Of a stretch of 64,000 nucleotides of DNA, positions 34,601 to 40,675 are shown piece after piece (position 1 is the stretch's first letter; the number at the start of each line of letters is the position of its first letter). The notes under the pieces were generated by a model that did not search any database, had not been told where the DNA came from, and saw nothing but the letters and a program-made list of their open reading frames with translations. The DNA is from a virus: IMG/VR virus record IMGVR_UViG_3300032245_001163. The stretch is one strand, 5' to 3'. The position numbers were made by a program, and so were the translations under genes.

Positions 34601-35182
34601 AGCGAACCAGATTTACCTGCTGGGGTGTTTGGTTTGATAACCATTAACGGTGAACGTATCATGTATCGATATCGTGATTTGGTTGCAAACAGTGTTTCAG
34701 GATTACAACGAGGAACAGCTGGAACAGCAACAGCCAGCCACAACGTGGGTGCAGATGTATATGACATCGGACGAGGCAACTTGTTGAATGTTCAGTACCA
34801 AGACTATGTGGTAAAAGACACTGGCATGGGCGACGGAACAACCGCAGTATTCTATGCACCCAGCATTGACATTGCTGATTTTGGAGATTCTAGCACAGTT
34901 TATGTGGAAAGTATCGAAGTGTATGTTGGCGGAATCCGTCAGTACAACTACAGCGACACAGGGGCAACCAGCGAATACCGCTACATTGTATCACTGTTTG
35001 ACCCACTGGCCATTGAGTTCATAGTTGATGACACATACGCTGCACCAGCTGCTGGCAGCGAAGTAACCATACTGCAACGCCGTGGCAAAAGTTGGTATGA
35101 ACCCGGTGATGGCAATCCCAGCAATGGAATCGCCTTGCAAGAAACCAATACAATAGCCGCAAGGTTTTTGTGTGACAGATAA
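19661..35182 (+). CDS. Giant 5173-aa baseplate/receptor-binding structural protein (gp7 position)
   Basis: Uninterrupted ORF after gp6; N-terminal FLPEIFRT..NKQFL; FG-GAP-like propeller repeats, CBM5/12-like W-x5-Y modules, GDGxT Ig-like repeats, YIQEVKPYH and GSGY..PPV motifs. Confidence 0.78.
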   Translation: MARTRSVDFLPEIFRTPVNKQFLAATLDQMVQEPKFKKTQGFIGRTVGPGVNPNDSYVVEPDKIRQEYQLEPGVISLEPDTQNIKNVITYPGMNDAIGFQGGDQTRADQLYNSEYYTWDPFVDYDAFINFSQYFWLPSGPETVDVASIGIPTNDNFVVNRENGVYTFSGLSGNNPTIDLVRGGSYTFQVAQNAKETVNYRVTNNGTTAYLIDFQNNPTLTLARGNTYVFNITLNGVYPFWIKTALSLGTGDAYNSGVLRNGSSFGLVTFTVPQDAPDTLYYVSENQTNLRGTINVIDGTPGTGPGFWIQTSPGVAGVVPTTPNLSNRDVYGVTNNGEDLGIVTFDVPQKTAQEFYYNLTDVGPIDLLTELKFNQINNQPLEQFITTYGGIDGTTYLDGRTLVFTNTIADAEDGGWVETTFYDPLPRLDSFNGAVGSYDSINFDQSTEVPLADRYQIWQIAIVNRNGIDYISLSKIANVDINQKFTISYGNTYSNTSWYKMPNGYFQRIPLLTALFNELYYQDGTDPEIFGKIRLLDQTETNTIFIDQIIGQKNYTSPNGVAFTNGLKVRFTGDVLPVSYSSGTTTLTCTATQAGSNYITCGSTAGLYEGEEIVFSGTTAGGIIAGQSYYIKSIASNGIQFSIATVADGATFELSTATVAGFTAVAIANNEYYVAGVGTAIELLPVRNFITPETYVVDARDSTIASEPGEVDYLTIDRASKDLNAWTRSNRWFHVDVIQASAAYNGNVATLDNNYRAKRPIINFRPNIRLYNMGTEGKQPVDIIDFSETDALSNIEGSTGYSVDGYTFVNGTRVIFAADADPEVRDKIYIVQFITPDSVEPLITQPIINLVLASDGVVLLDQSVVCLEGTTQKGVSFWYNGVEWTEAQQKTGVQQAPLFNVYDLAGISFGDRAKYPSSTFIGSKLFSYAVGDTGILDPILQFPLQYLNINNVGDIVFENNLYKDTFLYVQDNVSITSDISSGVAREYVDRTVFGKLIGWQTAAATSQQYQQFKFTYTGQTLKVDVAVGTNTVLPPIKIYVSSDFLMPDEYSYIVGTNSTTITLLNTYLPTDIIEVLVLSDQTSATAFYQVPINLQNNPLNTNSPSFTLGTIRTHYESICENLLTLSGPVNGANNTRDLGNLVPYGATILQQSSPLTLAGYFLRSEKYNIFSSLQYNSNEYLKFKGQMLNTAIQQVVQYQTAGEILDIAMADITLGRVESQPFYWSDMIPAGAVYQTTTYTISNTTNDTFDTINVYNYTSANYLGLNVYLNGTILTRSVDYVVATDGPRIVVLATLTLGDILTLKEYSATYGSFVPNTPTKLGLYPAFRPEIITQKTSAGTQTVIVGHDGSITRTFGDIRDDVLLEFETRIFNNLKLDGNPVPISIAEVLPGQFRTTGYSIDDVNNILATDFLSYVAWNKLDYKTQDYVAANEFSWNYSGSQSKLDNEPLPGAWRGIYRYYYDTQQPEETPWEMLGFSIRPDWWDLVYGPGPYTQDNLVLWDDLEAGYVADPVAPYYLPEYARPGLTKVIPTGTEGELLSPFDSVVGTYNDSTFRKSWSVGDGGPVEASWWNSSAYPFAVMRLLALTRPAKFFALFADRDLYKFDTDLNQYLYNNRYRLNANDLEIYGNGVSKASYIDWIVDFNRQSGVDSTADLTADLGALDVRLCYRMASFSDKQYIKIYTEKSSPNSTNTTFLIPDESYDLVLYKNQPFDRASYSAVVIQKVAGGYAVFGYSTSQPYFNIIQSQYAGRLQTYSAGGITVQVPTFYSNTITQIPYGYIFASETAVSDFLLSYGQYLERQGLVFDNRVNGYELNWGQMVNEFLYWSQQGWDENALINLNPLAFRLSISREQAVVDSIAAQTSDNILLDQNRKELPTRNLVITRLDNTFTAEPATDQTLSYIDLKYTAYEHMIVLNNASVFGDLIYQPVTGARQSRLNLIAVTTTEWNGSVDAQGFILNQDNIEEWNSYTTYTKGQIVKYKGAYWSAAKIVQPTAVFNANDWLASDYTQIELGLLPNLANKADQLQNSYNINTANLETDNDLLSYGLIGFRPRQYMTSLNLDDVSQLNVYRQFLGSKGTILSAELFAQANLGKESADYSIYENWAVQRAVYGANANRSFFQLRLNRALLDANPSLIQIINPQETSQADQTVLVSDIWKQSYNITSPDILPVTTTLPTDIALPTAGYVNLDDVDITVFDIENTDSLAANINSIGVGTNVWVAKINAYDWAIYRTQSVPGTINHVCDNLDGTSLVIFSGQHGLAVNDKLIIRFFDTEVNGVYTVLNIVSLDTITVAFSFTGDRTVVNGTGLGFTLQTQRVAQASDVLNLPYANTIEPGAKVWVDDNGSGLWSVIQKQEVFTELLGLSPSEVDQGEQFGSSVAQAQNRYAALVGSPRYRFPVGATLWNIANTYNEFSIVYVSDPLQTEFFYAPAPVPQGISIYNTAYWTPYPLANLPRRGGVYVYVKSDSNIYTPVSALAPNDAVLSLDVLDVSGGPYDGETAARSYGTSVDFGNQTWAVAGAPGSLGSTGAVDNGYAVVIYKDPQLAAPGNIPYGQWQLLTTPGSTSAAEEFGYSVAISQDERWMYIGAPGVNSVYAFGRVDWELQNLKAVGDGQTTDYFIGDVIKIDANTQLTVSVDGDEQILGTDYVVVNSLTMVVFTTPPEEGNAIEIIRTSRKILDYQATYNLQQSATSAAGTGAKFTVVLQRNEVGQPAAGKGLVSVTTGGANYAVSDTITLNAASFGGALANGNITLTVTSIGAGGAVTGFSTAYSPTVLVSTFSLNEYLFSADNIYSFTLLVDGVIQRPNIDYTFNNITGDVTFAAASNPPAGASILVRAEGYFEYSSTITYSGSQAGDRFGHTVSTSTDGRQVLIGAPYTTESSQSEAGTVYVFDRDVQRFIYGTEGSTVAFTVLGSVVEPVSVLVNDTFFVNELSAAPDQTDTFSVSGNTITILGDLQVGDIIEIETNGFQFVQSVTQNTVEEFSNFGYATDLCSYNCSLYVGAPNSSLQQLKGGVVERHINQSRAYGITTATVANPNLDSGDTIRINNQDVVVPNAWSNASSYAANTIVYNYSAATTITTIYLSLQSVPAGTALSNTSYWKTITSTTVAASVDVRALAAQINVDVPNVQATVDADGYLTVAVKNSAAAAVGNKLNVAPGSVGTAFADLGFETYVFTQTIKSPYPADYAGFGSSLSIEDSAINLVVGAPRGTLYLITIFDLNNTVFDEDATDFYDQTVQSGAVYTYDLLASASPSVSSPDKFVFGQQIDNPDVVSYDQYGTAVNYTDGVLFTGAPGNEFEDSTLTANYGRVFVSVNENRVPSWTVLREQKPVVDVRLLNSVYSYDRLTSATTQYYDFFNPLQGKILGAARQNLDYIGAVDPASYNVGPTGVRGTTWGQSRVGETWWDTSTVRFIDPNQDDIVYASRRWGQVFPGSTVDVYQWIVSTTPPADYTGEGVPLNITNYVVNTVLSADGIFNTEYYFWVRGITATATQKGKTLPVSTVANYIENPRASGITYLAPIDASTVALYNAGDYINAQDTIISIEFDKELTEDNVHVEYELVAQDREDAFISKNLYRKMQDSFCGVDTNGSLVPDINLGVAERYGVQFRPRQSMFVDRFAALRNYLTRANSVLARYPIAESRQFVLLNSSEPEPPAGSGAWNKRVENLEILEFQNIYTVSLGYKYLVVSDSSNRGLWTIYTVEERETTSGTIRVLQLTQVQNYDTTQYWSYINWYLPGYNSSSKIIAEVPNVAGLDTLNVAVGSSVKVTANSLGKFEIYLRGATGFERVGLEDGTIEFSAQLWDYQLGRFGFDVEVFDAQYYDQEPVIETRKIIQAINEELFIDDLAIERNRQLTSMFNFVLSEFAAPEWLIKTSLIDVEHRIRSLTKFQNYSRDNQEFVLDYIQEVKPYHVQVREFNLRYNGFDQWFGDMTDFDLPAYYNTTLQVPQFTSPILLPYAHSTSFNSETNNLSDLPSNSTVWSSWPYSQWYGNYLLRLDSVELIETGSGYTEPPVVEITPNPNDPAPEVLAQAVAVLNSIGQVVGVSVTVSGSGYRSTPTVTFIGGNGSGAVAYPRMTNDVIRQFRTTIRYDRFQYQTSILTWSSEGTYENGTLVRYNNRVWSAQNADGSSAVVGPTFDLENWQLVDAATYTYPGTTVATGLTGVDRTMGLYVPGANEFGLELPLLVDGVDYPGVQVWGDYFTGTQTLDANYQSEFADIYLGERFSDINVDGGEFIGPYEGHAPEELVNGSEYDTLDMRIYTRPGADWQNDGHGFQIGTIRYTFEPGISLTYSWANIVEHPFNIVVSNLSTGRVLARDIDYSVNWVNNTITIDNNVDSGNIISIDVYEIGGGSQLFKGNYVGADVIADNNAIIVPVGYKEIVGVYVFVNGELVAIPELEAYTDSQVYDVNDTYQAIDIVFNDNQLAVTNTISGYNLITCNSTSALTIGQPIVFSGTVFGGIVANQEYYVQSILNGTQFYITAVAGSATVVSLTTASGLMTGSPKGTYYRAVQTVPPGALLTDTTYWLPFVPSVRSKITITANITATDEIAVLILGNATSITVTDTQALGNAIVLLGSTASLSVGQTVTFSGYSLGGVLTGTTYQILSIIDDSMSAITITEDGTTEVSLIDDEATWAGELVAKFVPTNYQSWSTPVIETFVVDQDIIDNSAVEIENAPTFSNAANMIVMVNGYRILGPSCIEWIGDGTTASFGLPQRMGTSFSQSIIDAVNDIQVYVDGVLQKQSFGAETGVYSVTNWDGSNTPGRQVVFDSVPADGTVIVIAVSTIADCEFAYNPAQPGFTSTLQISSTLNLGDIVQVITWNDTQQQNALTLTFAGPVQTGTTTYQAYDTTDYDSPTLNDPTQPLPGEFAYEVGTSNPVNDFDLLRTNIDASRLWVTLDGYRLFEGSDYTIQGQYLILAQGAIGAAQELIVTEFTNSIVPEAVAFRIFQDMRGVQATYRMTLATTTQVAQPVSATADIIYVENAAALSEPDLPAGVFGLITINGERIMYRYRDLVANSVSGLQRGTAGTATASHNVGADVYDIGRGNLLNVQYQDYVVKDTGMGDGTTAVFYAPSIDIADFGDSSTVYVESIEVYVGGIRQYNYSDTGATSEYRYIVSLFDPLAIEFIVDDTYAAPAAGSEVTILQRRGKSWYEPGDGNPSNGIALQETNTIAARFLCDR

Positions 35183-35186
35183 CGCA

Positions 35187-35194
35187 GATAAATA
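35187..35194 (+). promoter_or_regulatory. Putative late promoter
   Basis: GATAAATA just after the giant gene stop, 7 nt before ATG 35202. Confidence 0.62.
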
Positions 35195-35201
35195 AAAGAC
35201 C

Positions 35202-35354
35202 ATGTCAAATACAGCACCAAAACAGGCAACCGAAGCACAAAAAACTGCAACTCAGTCGCGCCGCCCAAACGAAACTGGTACAATAAGTGTGCAAGCTCAC
35301 ATGCGCATTTTTGACCCAAAAACACAAAAAACCTACGTGGAGGGACGAGCATGA
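35202..35354 (+). CDS. 50-aa small protein (not in ORF track)
   Basis: MSNTAPKQATEAQKTATQSRRPNETGTISVQAHMRIFDPKTQKTYVEGRA; fills the gap, follows a late promoter, stop overlaps the next ATG (ATGA). Confidence 0.7.
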   Translation: MSNTAPKQATEAQKTATQSRRPNETGTISVQAHMRIFDPKTQKTYVEGRA

Positions 35355-35959
35355 TTATACAGCCTGGTCTGTGCAAAATTGAAGGATTTGTTAAGATACA
35401 CGATCCCAACACAGGTGAAGTTCTTGTAGACAAAAAGAACGCAATTCACTACGAAAATATCAGTTTGGCCATGGCTCAAACACTCAGTGATCGCAACACT
35501 GGCTACATTTATGAAATGGCATTTGGCAACGGTGGCAGTTCAGTTGACCCTACCGGTGTTATCACTTATTTGCCCCCAAACACCACAGGTCAAAACGCTG
35601 ACTTGTACAATCAAACCTATTCCAAAGTTGTGGATGACAATTCAGCTGCTGACACAGATCCTGAAAACAACAAAATGACCCCGCTACACGTCAGCGGCAA
35701 CGTTTACAGTGATATTTTAGTAACGTGTTTGTTGGACTACGGCGAACCCCCGGAACAACAAGCATTCGACAATTCAACCAATTTTAGTGGCGAATTTGTG
35801 TTTGACGAACTTGGGTTAAAAACATGGAACGGGTCAGTGGATAACTTACGCTTGATCACACATGTGATTTTTCACCCTGTACAAAAGAGTTTGAATCGTC
35901 AGATTCAAATTGATTACACCCTGCGTATACAGACGCTGAGCAACATAAATGCTGTATAA
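35351..35959 (+). CDS. Baseplate/tail structural protein
   Basis: 202 aa in the late module; MAFGNGG and FDELGL...LITHVIFHPVQKSLNR.IQIDYTLRI motifs like baseplate/collar proteins. Confidence 0.6.
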   Translation: MIIQPGLCKIEGFVKIHDPNTGEVLVDKKNAIHYENISLAMAQTLSDRNTGYIYEMAFGNGGSSVDPTGVITYLPPNTTGQNADLYNQTYSKVVDDNSAADTDPENNKMTPLHVSGNVYSDILVTCLLDYGEPPEQQAFDNSTNFSGEFVFDELGLKTWNGSVDNLRLITHVIFHPVQKSLNRQIQIDYTLRIQTLSNINAV

Positions 35960-35962
35960 ATA
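35955..35962 (+). promoter_or_regulatory. Late promoter, exact T4 consensus TATAAATA
   Basis: TATAAATA overlapping the upstream stop codon, then AGGA RBS and ATG at 35984. Confidence 0.78.
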
Positions 35963-35983
35963 TAGCAACTAGGAACCTTTGAC

Positions 35984-37771
35984 ATGGCATATACAATCAA
36001 TCTAACCGACGGCACAGTTTTTGCTACCATTGCTGATGGTACAATCAATACATCAAGTTCAATGATCTTGGTGGGTAAAAACTACGCCGGCTACGGTGAA
36101 TTTTTGGACGAAAACTTTATCCACTTGTTGGAAAATGGGTCAAACACCACAGCACCCGCATCACCACTAACTGGGCAACTTTGGTGGGACAAGACCAACA
36201 ACTTGCTGAAAGTTTACAATGGTTCCATATTCAAAACTATCAGTGCTGCCACAAGTTCTGCCAGTCAACCCAGCAGCAACGTAACAGGTGATTTGTGGTA
36301 TGATACTACCAATCAACAGTTGAAAGTTTACACTGGCGCAAGCTTCTTGGTTGTGGGTCCTGGATATTCTCAAGCACAGGGCACATCTGGTGCTATTCCT
36401 GAAACAATTTTAAACAACGTTGGCGCCACACGATACATTACTAGTTTGTATGTAAACAACGTGCGTGTGGCTATTGTATACGATGGCGCAAGTTTTACTC
36501 CAGAAGCTACCCTGGTTACAGCGTTTCCAACTATCTATCCTGGCGTTACATTAAGTGCCTCAGTTTCTGGTGCTGTGTTCGCTGGATCCGCTACTAATGC
36601 ACAGTTGTTGGACAGCTTAGACAGCAGTCAATTCATGCGTTCTGATACAAATACATCCAGTACTGGCGTTGTACGTGTTCAAAACAACACTGGGTTGTTT
36701 GTGGGTGTGGCCAACGTGTTCAACGTCAACACCACCGCAACAGATGCCAACATCAAGAGCAATATTTCTGGTGGTAATTTAATCATACAAGCCAACGTTA
36801 GCGGTACGACATATACTGTGGCCACTGCATATGGTGCCAATGGCGTATTTGCTATTGCTAACGCTGCCACAGTGGGCACAACATTGGGCGTAACTGGCAA
36901 CAGCTCAGGCGGCAATTTGACTACTGGCGGCCAGGTATCAGCAGTTGGTAATATTACCGGCGGTAATATTATCACCGGTGCATTGATGCTGGGCAATACA
37001 ATTAGTGCAACAGCCAACGTACAAGCTGGCAATTTGCGCACTGCTGGACAAGTTAGTTCCACTGGCAATATTACCTCAGCAGCCAATATTGCGGGTACTT
37101 ATTTCTTGGGCAATGGTTCACAACTCACAGGTTTGAGTTTGGGTGTCAGTGTTACCAAATTTGTAAACGGTAGCACTGAAGGCAACATTGGAATAGCCGG
37201 GGGCAATGTCAACTTTGACGTGGGCGGTACTGCCAACGTATTGGTGCTTACCACTGGTACAGCATACTTTGCTGGCAACGTCAGTACAATTGGTATTGAG
37301 AAAACTGGCACCAATGCAATTGGAAATATTGGATCAAGCTCAAACTATTTCAACCGCGTGTTTGCCACTGCTACCACAGCACTGTACGCTGACGTTGCAG
37401 AACGCTTTGCTGCTGATGAATTGCTGGAACCCGGCACAGTTGTAGAATTGGGCGGCACAAAAGAAATTACCAGATCAACTCAAGATTTAAGCGAAAATGT
37501 ATTTGGCGTTATAAGTACAAGACCAGCCTACACAATGAACGGCGGAGCCGGCGAAGATGATACTCATCCAGCGGTTGCAATGACAGGCCGAGTTCCTGTA
37601 AAATGTGTGGGTATAGTACGCAAGGGCGACAGACTTGTAAGTGCTGGAGAAGGCGTTGCTAGAGCAGCCCAACCAGGAGAAGCCACAGCATTTAATGTAA
37701 TTGGACGCTCGCTGGAAAACAAACACACAGCAGAATTGGGAACAATTGAAGCAATTGTGACTATCAAATAA
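35984..37771 (+). CDS. Tail fibre / baseplate wedge-pin-like protein with C-terminal intramolecular-chaperone-like domain
   Basis: LVGKNYAGYGE..ENFIHLLEN, two GQLWWD/GDLWYD modules, GN-rich beta repeats, YADVAE...GVIST.PAY.MN...GRVPVK C-terminus. Confidence 0.72.
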   Translation: MAYTINLTDGTVFATIADGTINTSSSMILVGKNYAGYGEFLDENFIHLLENGSNTTAPASPLTGQLWWDKTNNLLKVYNGSIFKTISAATSSASQPSSNVTGDLWYDTTNQQLKVYTGASFLVVGPGYSQAQGTSGAIPETILNNVGATRYITSLYVNNVRVAIVYDGASFTPEATLVTAFPTIYPGVTLSASVSGAVFAGSATNAQLLDSLDSSQFMRSDTNTSSTGVVRVQNNTGLFVGVANVFNVNTTATDANIKSNISGGNLIIQANVSGTTYTVATAYGANGVFAIANAATVGTTLGVTGNSSGGNLTTGGQVSAVGNITGGNIITGALMLGNTISATANVQAGNLRTAGQVSSTGNITSAANIAGTYFLGNGSQLTGLSLGVSVTKFVNGSTEGNIGIAGGNVNFDVGGTANVLVLTTGTAYFAGNVSTIGIEKTGTNAIGNIGSSSNYFNRVFATATTALYADVAERFAADELLEPGTVVELGGTKEITRSTQDLSENVFGVISTRPAYTMNGGAGEDDTHPAVAMTGRVPVKCVGIVRKGDRLVSAGEGVARAAQPGEATAFNVIGRSLENKHTAELGTIEAIVTIK

Positions 37772-37783
37772 TAGGAACGAGAT

Positions 37784-38767
37784 ATGACATATTCAGTAGG
37801 CGGCTTGATTCAAGCAGCAGATTACAATGGTTTTGTAAGCACCAACGTTGGCGCTAACCTCAATGCTGTATTAAACTCAGCATACGGGCAAACCGCAATT
37901 GCCACTGTGAGTTCTTCAGGAATTGTTACTGCTACACAATGGGCTAGTCTGGTTAACAGCACCGCTGCCATGGGCACCCATACCAACACTGTGATCACCG
38001 CAAGAACAGCACCTAGTGCAGGACAAACCATCAACGTATTATCTGCTGTTAACACTGACTTGACTAACATTTACAACAATCGATACAATGCCTATGCAGT
38101 GGGCACACAATACACAGCATGGTCAGGAACAAATTCAAAGACTAGTCAAACCGGTAGTGCCGGTGGCAGTACTTGGACCATCACATTCACAAACACTGTG
38201 TCATTTGCCAGTGCCGCTGCTGCCAGTTATTTTTTCAATGCTGGCGGATTGGTTAAAATTCAAACTTCTAAATCTTCAACTGGACTCACTGGTGATCCTG
38301 AATGGAACGACTTGGCTTCTACTTTGTGTGGTGCTATTTGGATTTCCGGATTAGGCACAAGTCATACCATTGCTGGTATTGCATACACTGGAACAACCAA
38401 AATTGGCGGTACAGGTACTCCTAATACTTTGAGTACTGCCACTGGATGGGACGCATTAACAGCCGGTGCCGCTGCTACACTGATATACAAACAATTTGCT
38501 GACACTGCACCATACACATCAAATTACATTCAACACAGTATTGCTAAAGATGCAAGCAGTCAAGTACTTACAATCACTACAGTTTGGGCAGCCAATGATA
38601 CCAACGTACCCCCCACAGGTGGCACTGATCCAATCTCTGGTGGTACTGCTGCTTCGGGTGCTACACCTGGTACAGCACCTTGTACCATTGTTACATACTA
38701 TCCACCAGAAACAACCAATCTTTCCAATACCTGGGGCACACCCGCAGTGACTGCATCAACAGTCTAA
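37784..38767 (+). CDS. Ser/Thr/Gly-rich virion structural protein
   Basis: MTYSVGGLIQAADYN start, FFNAGG motif, last gene before the terminator of the late module. Confidence 0.6.
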   Translation: MTYSVGGLIQAADYNGFVSTNVGANLNAVLNSAYGQTAIATVSSSGIVTATQWASLVNSTAAMGTHTNTVITARTAPSAGQTINVLSAVNTDLTNIYNNRYNAYAVGTQYTAWSGTNSKTSQTGSAGGSTWTITFTNTVSFASAAAASYFFNAGGLVKIQTSKSSTGLTGDPEWNDLASTLCGAIWISGLGTSHTIAGIAYTGTTKIGGTGTPNTLSTATGWDALTAGAAATLIYKQFADTAPYTSNYIQHSIAKDASSQVLTITTVWAANDTNVPPTGGTDPISGGTAASGATPGTAPCTIVTYYPPETTNLSNTWGTPAVTASTV

Positions 38768-38770
38768 CCA

Positions 38771-38797
38771 AAAGGGGCAACAGCCCCTTTACTTTTT
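38771..38797 (+). terminator. Rho-independent terminator
   Basis: AAAGGGGC-aaca-GCCCCTTT hairpin followed by ACTTTTT, immediately after the structural module. Confidence 0.75.
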
Positions 38798-38816
38798 CCT
38801 GCTTTCCCTGTATAAT
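38788..38816 (+). promoter_or_regulatory. Sigma70-type promoter for the glycosylation/radical SAM operon
   Basis: TTTACT (38788-38793), 17 nt, TATAAT (38811-38816); ATG 5 nt later. Confidence 0.68.
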
Positions 38817-38821
38817 GCATT

Positions 38822-39130
38822 ATGAATACTGATGCCCTGGTTGCTCATGCACGAGCAAGATTTGATCACGCAGCCGCTCGCCGGGTGCTAAAAGAAAAAT
38901 ACGAAGCAAAAATGGTGTTTGCTCACGCTGGAGGAATGTGGCGTGCTGGGCCCGAATTGCTGACTGTGTTGTTGGCCTGCGCACAAGACAAAGACGTTGT
39001 GATACTGGACTTGTATGAAACTCCTATACAAATTATCGTAACAGAACTGTTTGCGCTGGCACACGAACGGTGGCAAGAACAAATGAATGCATGGCGAGTA
39101 GAATGGCAAGAACTAAATCAAAAACGTTGA
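38822..39130 (+). CDS. Hypothetical protein
   Basis: 102-aa ORF directly after the promoter; stop overlaps the next TTG start. Confidence 0.7.
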   Translation: MNTDALVAHARARFDHAAARRVLKEKYEAKMVFAHAGGMWRAGPELLTVLLACAQDKDVVILDLYETPIQIIVTELFALAHERWQEQMNAWRVEWQELNQKR

Positions 39131-39921
39131 GTCAAGGTGTCGTAATCTTTGCGTTCAACAATGAAGCAACAGATTACATTGCCATGGCTGCATGGTCAGC
39201 TAAGAATATTCGTAGACACCTAAACTTACCAGTGGCAGTGATCACAGACAATCCTGCAGCCGCCGCTCAACACCAGTTTGAACATATCATTGCTACAGTG
39301 GCTGACACTGGTGGGTCAAGATACTTTGCGGATTACAATGCCAATGTAACTTGGCACAATGCTGGTCGCATTAATGCCTATGAACTATCACCATTTGATC
39401 AAACTTTGGTACTAGATGCTGACTATGTAATAGCCAGTGATCGATTATTGGAAGTACTAACAATACCACAACAGTTTGCAGCTTTCAAGGACGGGTTTGA
39501 TCCCAGCAGTACGACCATGCTTGAAACATTTGGTGCGTATAATATGCCCATGTGGTGGGCCACCGTAATGATGTTCCGACGTGGCAACATCAGCCAATAC
39601 ATATTTGATAGTATGCAAATGATACGAGCCAACTGGCAACATTACCGGGACTTGTACGGCATTCACCAAAGCAACTATCGCAATGACTATGCACTGAGCA
39701 TTGCCCTGGGACTGGTAGCAGGTGCTGAACAATCAGTGCATGAGATATTCTTCCCCATGCTCAACGTCATGCCAGAACACGGATTGACTTGGGTGGAACA
39801 AGATCATTATGAAATTGAATACACTAACACCGAAGGTAGACGGAAAACTTTGAGTTGGGCTGGATTAGACTTTCATGCCATGTGTAAACGGCATTTGGAG
39901 GTGATAGTTGCAGCCCACTGA
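39127..39921 (+). CDS. GT-A/GT8-like glycosyltransferase
   Basis: GVVIFAFNN, YELSPFDQTLVLDADY (DxD), YRNDYALSIA; likely TTG start at 39127. Confidence 0.68.
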   Translation: MSQGVVIFAFNNEATDYIAMAAWSAKNIRRHLNLPVAVITDNPAAAAQHQFEHIIATVADTGGSRYFADYNANVTWHNAGRINAYELSPFDQTLVLDADYVIASDRLLEVLTIPQQFAAFKDGFDPSSTTMLETFGAYNMPMWWATVMMFRRGNISQYIFDSMQMIRANWQHYRDLYGIHQSNYRNDYALSIALGLVAGAEQSVHEIFFPMLNVMPEHGLTWVEQDHYEIEYTNTEGRRKTLSWAGLDFHAMCKRHLEVIVAAH

Positions 39922-40675
39922 CGAACAAGGTTATGTGATTGTTGCAGTCAACAGCGACACAGTTGACTATCAGTCTTGTGCTAGAACCTTGGCCAAGACC
40001 ATACGCTACTGGGATCCGTCTGCACGGATTTGCCTGGTCACAGACAGCCCTTACACTGATCCCTTGTACGATCACCACAGACAACTTGTGCCACAGACCA
40101 ATCCATTTGCCAACGATGCACAGTTGTTCAAGCTCACACCATTTCGTGAAACTATCAAACTGGAAGCAGATATGTGGATAGTGAGTCCAATTGTACACTG
40201 GTGGACACAGTTTAGACATAGAGATGTTGTAATATCTACTGGCTGTAGAGATTGGCAAGACAACATCAGCACAGCGAGAAACTACAGACGAGTGTTTGAT
40301 GTGAACCATTTGCCTGATGTGTACAATGCCATCACATACTGGCGGCGTAGCGAAACTGCCAAGGAATTCTTTGGCTGGGTCAGCAACATATTTGCCAACT
40401 GGACAGAGTTTAAGAAACTCATAAAGTTTCCTGATGATGTACCATCTACTGATTTAGTGTATGCCATGGCAGCAGAGATCATGGGACGAGACCGTGTGAC
40501 CTTGCCATTCAGCACATATCCAAAGATAGTGCATATGAAACGACACATAGCAGGCACAGCCACAGAATCTTGGCTCAATGAATTAGTGTGGGAATATCAG
40601 GACTTGCGATTGCGCATACAAACTGTAGCACAAACAGGTGCGTTTCATTACAATGTAAAACAGTGGCAAGCATGA
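39908..40675 (+). CDS. GT-A/GT8-like glycosyltransferase paralog
   Basis: GYVIVAVNS, LTPFRETIKLEADM, PSTDLVYAMA; paralogous layout to the upstream gene; GGAGG before TTG. Confidence 0.62.
   Translation: MQPTDEQGYVIVAVNSDTVDYQSCARTLAKTIRYWDPSARICLVTDSPYTDPLYDHHRQLVPQTNPFANDAQLFKLTPFRETIKLEADMWIVSPIVHWWTQFRHRDVVISTGCRDWQDNISTARNYRRVFDVNHLPDVYNAITYWRRSETAKEFFGWVSNIFANWTEFKKLIKFPDDVPSTDLVYAMAAEIMGRDRVTLPFSTYPKIVHMKRHIAGTATESWLNELVWEYQDLRLRIQTVAQTGAFHYNVKQWQA

Noticed and set aside
34981-35433. 150-aa minus-strand ORF across the giant gene end
   Set aside because: Antisense to three coherent plus-strand late genes; no recognisable features.
36880-37120. GGCAAT/GGTAAT-rich periodic DNA, considered as a repeat array
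   Set aside because: It encodes GN-rich beta-repeat fibre sequence; no identical repeats with spacers, so not CRISPR or a DGR template.
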